A stretch of DNA of 64,000 nucleotides, from the IMG/VR virus record IMGVR_UViG_3300014205_000008, positions 1 through 64,000 of that record; one strand, 5' to 3'. This document shows positions 60,273-64,000 of the stretch, piece by piece. The position numbers and the translations under genes were made by a program. The notes under the pieces were generated by a model. It was not told the origin of the DNA, did not search any database, and saw nothing but the letters and a program-made list of their open reading frames with translations. The DNA comes from a virus (lineage: Duplodnaviria; Caudoviricetes). The first letter of the stretch is position 1. Every line of letters begins with the position of its first letter.

Positions 60273-61130
60273 CTATTTTGTTGTATTCTTAATTTGATTA
60301 TCTATTCGTAAATAGATATCATCAGTATCTCGTTTATATATTTTTAGTTGCTCAACTGTTCCATTTAAAGTTGGATCGTTTTCATTAATAACGTCTCCGC
60401 CTTGTAAATAATATTTTCTATTTGTTCTTACGATTGCTCCAGCTTCAATTGCATCTTCAATGAATAATTTCATCTCATAATCATTATCTTTAATGATAGC
60501 GATTACATTATCAATTGTTTTTGAATCTTCAATAAGTTTATCAATTTCTCCTTTAAGGAAGTCAACAGTTGCTGTTGCAGATGGTTTTTTACCATATACA
60601 CGCAAGAAATCAATCATCTTTTTAGTTGATCCTTCAATTTTACCAAGAAACATATAAGCGTCTTTTTTCTTATCTGCTACCCTTGCTCTACTTTCAATCA
60701 TCTCATTTTCTTCTACAAGAGCAAACGTATAATCTCCACGATCAAATCTTTCTGCCCAAGACGGAGCAACGTGTGAGTCGATTTTCAATAATCGCCATCT
60801 TAGGTTATCAATAGGGTCGCTAAGATCCATTTCATAACCATCTCGCATTAATTTATCATCTTTTCTAATCTTAACAGTAAATGTACTCCAAAAATTATCA
60901 ATCTTCTTATGAATATTTAAATCTTCGTTTAATTTACTTTCAAAAAATTCTTGTTCTTCAGATGTTAAAATGGAAGCGAGTCTACCTTTTTTAATATCAT
61001 ATGGTAATACAAAATGTGTTTCTGTTCCAGAATACATAAATTCACCATCATGTCCTTTTGGATTCATTCCTCCAGGTTTTACAATAGGTTTTAGGAAAAC
61101 CTTTTTGTCCTCTAAAAAATCTTTTTTCAT
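60273..61130 (-). CDS. Conserved crAss-like protein downstream of the major capsid gene
   Basis: LT.EE..FFE, NFW, DLSDP.D, FIEDAIEAG; synteny. Confidence 0.7.
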   Translation of the reverse strand: MKKDFLEDKKVFLKPIVKPGGMNPKGHDGEFMYSGTETHFVLPYDIKKGRLASILTSEEQEFFESKLNEDLNIHKKIDNFWSTFTVKIRKDDKLMRDGYEMDLSDPIDNLRWRLLKIDSHVAPSWAERFDRGDYTFALVEENEMIESRARVADKKKDAYMFLGKIEGSTKKMIDFLRVYGKKPSATATVDFLKGEIDKLIEDSKTIDNVIAIIKDNDYEMKLFIEDAIEAGAIVRTNRKYYLQGGDVINENDPTLNGTVEQLKIYKRDTDDIYLRIDNQIKNTTK

Positions 61131-61150
61131 TCTTCTTCTTCTTAAATTTT

Positions 61151-61187
61151 TAAAAAACTCCCTAAGTTTTTAGTACTCAGGGAGTTA
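61151..61187 (-). terminator. Rho-independent terminator after capsid and endonuclease genes
   Basis: Minus strand AACTCCCTGAG...CTTAGGGAGTT-TTTT. Confidence 0.7.
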
Positions 61188-61194
61188 TTATTGT

Positions 61195-62085
61195 TTAAAT
61201 GTTATTATAACATTCACTTACTCCTTTAAAATTAATTATTGGAGTGTATCTAAATTTTTTATGTAAATGTTTAAATTCTATTTCCATTTTACTTATTGTT
61301 CTAGCATCACCTTCTTCAAGTTTGATAACTTTCCAACTATATGGCATTTTAATTTTAGTCTTATATCTTCTCGATATGTTATTAAAAGTTTTGCCAATCT
61401 TGTAAAAATGTTCATTTTCATTCCAACATTCGATAATGTAAAATTTAAATCCTTCAAATCTACTAGAATTTAAGCCAGCCTTTTCCCAATTAGAAAAAGA
61501 CCAGCCTTTATTCTCTTCTGCACATTCAGGACATCCATCACCAGATAAATGTTTGTTTGCACCTTGTGTAAAGAACCCGTGAATATTACAAATAATATTT
61601 ATTTTATAAGCATGTCCTTTATAAGCAACCTTAGAATAATTATATTTATCTCCATGTACAATTAACGCTCTTTGAATAAATTCATCTTTAGTTAATTTTT
61701 TGTTACCTGAACAAGCTATACAGCCATCACCAGAAAGATGTTTAACTGCTTTTTGTTCAAATATACCATGAATAGGGCAAATAATTTTAACCTTATTCTC
61801 TAAAACACTAAATTCAACTAAAGAATAGTTAAACTTATTATTATGTTTTAAACTTGCTCTTTTTATAAATTCTTTTATAGTTACCTTTTCTCTTCCAGCA
61901 CATTTTGGACAATTTGCCCCGTTCATATGTTCTATAGGTCTTTGACTAAAAACTCCATGCTCAACACATATTATATTTATATATGTTCTAGCATTTACAT
62001 ATTCAGATTTACTATAGTCATATTTTATAGTGTGTGAATTAATAGATCTTTCTATAAACTCTTCTGTTGTTACTTTTTTAGACAT
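61195..62085 (-). mobile_element. Free-standing endonuclease with three Zn-binding repeats and a GIY-YIG-like C-terminus
   Basis: 3x IIC..HG.F.Q....H..G..C..C; FYII.C......FYKIG.T. Confidence 0.8.
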
Positions 62086-62104
62086 CCTAACTACCTGATA
62101 ATCA

Positions 62105-63580
62105 TTATATTACATTTGGAAGGATGCGTGCGCACCTCATGGGATTCTTAATCCTCAATCCACCAATAAACATCTTATGAACTTCGTAACCATCAACAGA
62201 ACTAGCTGTCATACCTGGTTGAGTCAAGTTGTTATATGCTGAATAAGGATCACGCATACCAGGAATATACTTAAAGATTTCTTCTTCACCTTCAAGCATT
62301 ACCTTTTTAATGTTTGAGTCTCCACCTGCTGTACCAAAGTCAAGCAAATCGTATTCACGTGAGGATAACAAACCACCATCTGGATGATATACTTTATTAC
62401 GAATTGGGCTATCCTTCATAGGATCATGCATCAACTCAAAAGTAATACCATTTACAGTACGATACTCCAAGAACTGTCCTTTGTAGGACATTTTATTACC
62501 AGAAATAGTAATACGATCTTGGAATTGATTTGGAGCCCATCCAGTAGCTTTATTTTCTATTGCGTTATGGAATTGGAACATTCCGTATTCACCAGTTGAC
62601 AAAACAAAACGCCTTGAATCTTCTGGTAGTTTACCTACAGAAAGACCAATTGCAATTTCAGTCAACCAATCAATATCAAATGTATTGTAATAGAAAATAT
62701 TTGAAGGAGCGATTTGTTCGTACAAACCGTGACCTGCTCTAATTTCGTATCCAGATTCTCCAAGGTTTCCAAAACTTCCGTCTGCTTTTTTGTTTGAATT
62801 ACCATAAAGTAACAAACGAGCACGTTCACGCCTAAACTGAGTTAGGAAATCCCAGTCAAGTTTCTTGATCCAGCGTGTTTCAACTTTACCTACGCCGTTT
62901 ACAAATGAGAAAGCTAATGGTTTATTTTCACCTTTACGGATCATATTACCAGGAACTTCGTATTGTTTACGAATCATAGACAAGTTGTTCTCCATCATGA
63001 ACGGAGAGGAATGCGATACATTACCACCACGTTTTGACAAAGTTTGTTCTACTAGAGAATATTCTTTACTCCAACGAGTATTTGCAGCAACTTCGTCTGC
63101 AGGTACTGAAAGTAAATCATTACCAGTTACAAGCTGTACTGTATAAGCCCAATCCCCATTATACGGTTCTGGATCTTTTATAATACGAAGCTTATATAAG
63201 TCTGGTTTTTCTCCTACAATAACATCAGTAGCGAAGAACATTTTCTCACCAAAAACGAGAACAAAGGGACTCATCCCTAAACCTGGTTTCGCTGGTAAGG
63301 CAGATCCGTCTACATCAGCATAAGAGGCAACAAGAGCGATATTTTTTTCATCTGCACCTTGCAACATCCATTTAAAAGGGACATCATCCTGTACGTATTC
63401 CGTAGGAAACTGATCGAGGAAAGATACAATATCATCTCCGCCAAGGTTAACTTTATATATCTGGTCAATGACTTTTGATATAAATTGAGGCTCTTGAGCA
63501 TATAATGCTCCCAAGTGATTCTCAGTAGTTAAACCAGACCAATCTTTCGGTTCGTACTTTTGAAGTGGACTAATTAACAT
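62105..63580 (-). CDS. Major capsid protein (crAss-like)
   Basis: W.GLT.ENHLGA.Y, S.EY..VE..LS..G, TGE.G..QFH, GMRDP...DGY motifs of the crAss MCP family. Confidence 0.92.
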   Translation of the reverse strand: MLISPLQKYEPKDWSGLTTENHLGALYAQEPQFISKVIDQIYKVNLGGDDIVSFLDQFPTEYVQDDVPFKWMLQGADEKNIALVASYADVDGSALPAKPGLGMSPFVLVFGEKMFFATDVIVGEKPDLYKLRIIKDPEPYNGDWAYTVQLVTGNDLLSVPADEVAANTRWSKEYSLVEQTLSKRGGNVSHSSPFMMENNLSMIRKQYEVPGNMIRKGENKPLAFSFVNGVGKVETRWIKKLDWDFLTQFRRERARLLLYGNSNKKADGSFGNLGESGYEIRAGHGLYEQIAPSNIFYYNTFDIDWLTEIAIGLSVGKLPEDSRRFVLSTGEYGMFQFHNAIENKATGWAPNQFQDRITISGNKMSYKGQFLEYRTVNGITFELMHDPMKDSPIRNKVYHPDGGLLSSREYDLLDFGTAGGDSNIKKVMLEGEEEIFKYIPGMRDPYSAYNNLTQPGMTASSVDGYEVHKMFIGGLRIKNPMRCARILPNVI

Positions 63581-63602
63581 AATTTATTATTTAAAATTGT
63601 TT

Positions 63603-64000
63603 TTAGATAAGCTTTTTCATTGATTCAATATTTTGTTTCATTTTAGCTTTATCTACTTGGTTTTCTCTTGCAGGCGAACCCGAAGAGTATTGCTGGTCAG
63701 TTCTTAAAACGGAGTTAAGTTCTTCCATTGCTGATACCTTGGCACCAGTTTTGATTTTAGATATATCTGGTTTTAATTTCCCAGTATTATCCATATTAAA
63801 TAAACCTATCTGAGTATAATAATGAAGCAGTTTTTCAAAACCTAACGGATTCCTTGCTCTAAGTTGCATAACATAATTCATTGGATTTCCGTTTGAATCA
63901 GTATCAACAACCTTAGTCATAGACTCATAGATCTTTTCTTTTTCTCTATCAGAGAGTTTTATTCCTTCAATAATACTTTCAGTTTTTGTTATATCTTCTT
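63603..64000 (-). CDS. Conserved protein upstream of MCP (partial; scaffold-like)
   Basis: Frame is open to the window edge; crAss synteny. Confidence 0.65.
   Translation of the reverse strand, partial: EDITKTESIIEGIKLSDREKEKIYESMTKVVDTDSNGNPMNYVMQLRARNPLGFEKLLHYYTQIGLFNMDNTGKLKPDISKIKTGAKVSAMEELNSVLRTDQQYSSGSPARENQVDKAKMKQNIESMKKLI

Noticed and set aside
19974-63146. Numerous short + strand ORFs within the virion block, and short - strand ORFs at 4449, 7248 and 8730
   Set aside because: Antisense shadows of long genes, with S/L/F/I-rich composition and no motifs
1-64000. Genome-wide TAG or TGA stop-codon reassignment
   Set aside because: Very long ORFs are open in the standard code and TAG ends conserved C-termini such as NrdJ WSKC; only one in-frame TAG was found
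1-64000. tRNA genes, rRNA, CRISPR arrays, IS elements
   Set aside because: No cloverleaf, regularly spaced repeats or transposase motifs recognised by eye

Overview
AT-rich segment of a crAss-like (Crassvirales-type) Bacteroidota phage with two convergent blocks. The + strand (1-16.4 kb) carries replication and nucleotide-metabolism genes: DnaB, AAA/Sak4-like ATPase, SSB-like protein, primase, RusA-like resolvase, exonuclease, class II RNR, MazG, phosphoesterases and an HNH endonuclease. The - strand (64-16.4 kb) carries the virion block: major capsid protein, ring and auxiliary capsid proteins, fibres, lysis cassette, tail tube and muzzle, and ejected cargo proteins including a ~4860-aa virion RNA polymerase polyprotein. 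The main discovery is a 1705-nt group I intron (1284-2988) splitting dnaB. Its ~215-nt ribozyme is scattered in six pieces, and loops L5, L6, L8, L9 and L9.2 hold small phage ORFs with no recognisable homing-endonuclease motif, so the intron appears to carry a mini-operon of cargo genes. A second, conventional group I intron with a LAGLIDADG ORF (6787-7759) splits the RusA-like gene. Also noted: a dispersed ~70-bp element in 4 copies, an in-frame TAG in a phosphoesterase gene, structured intergenic RNA candidates, and a helicase-zincin-RNAP fusion. All calls come from reading motifs and base-pairing by eye; no searches were run.
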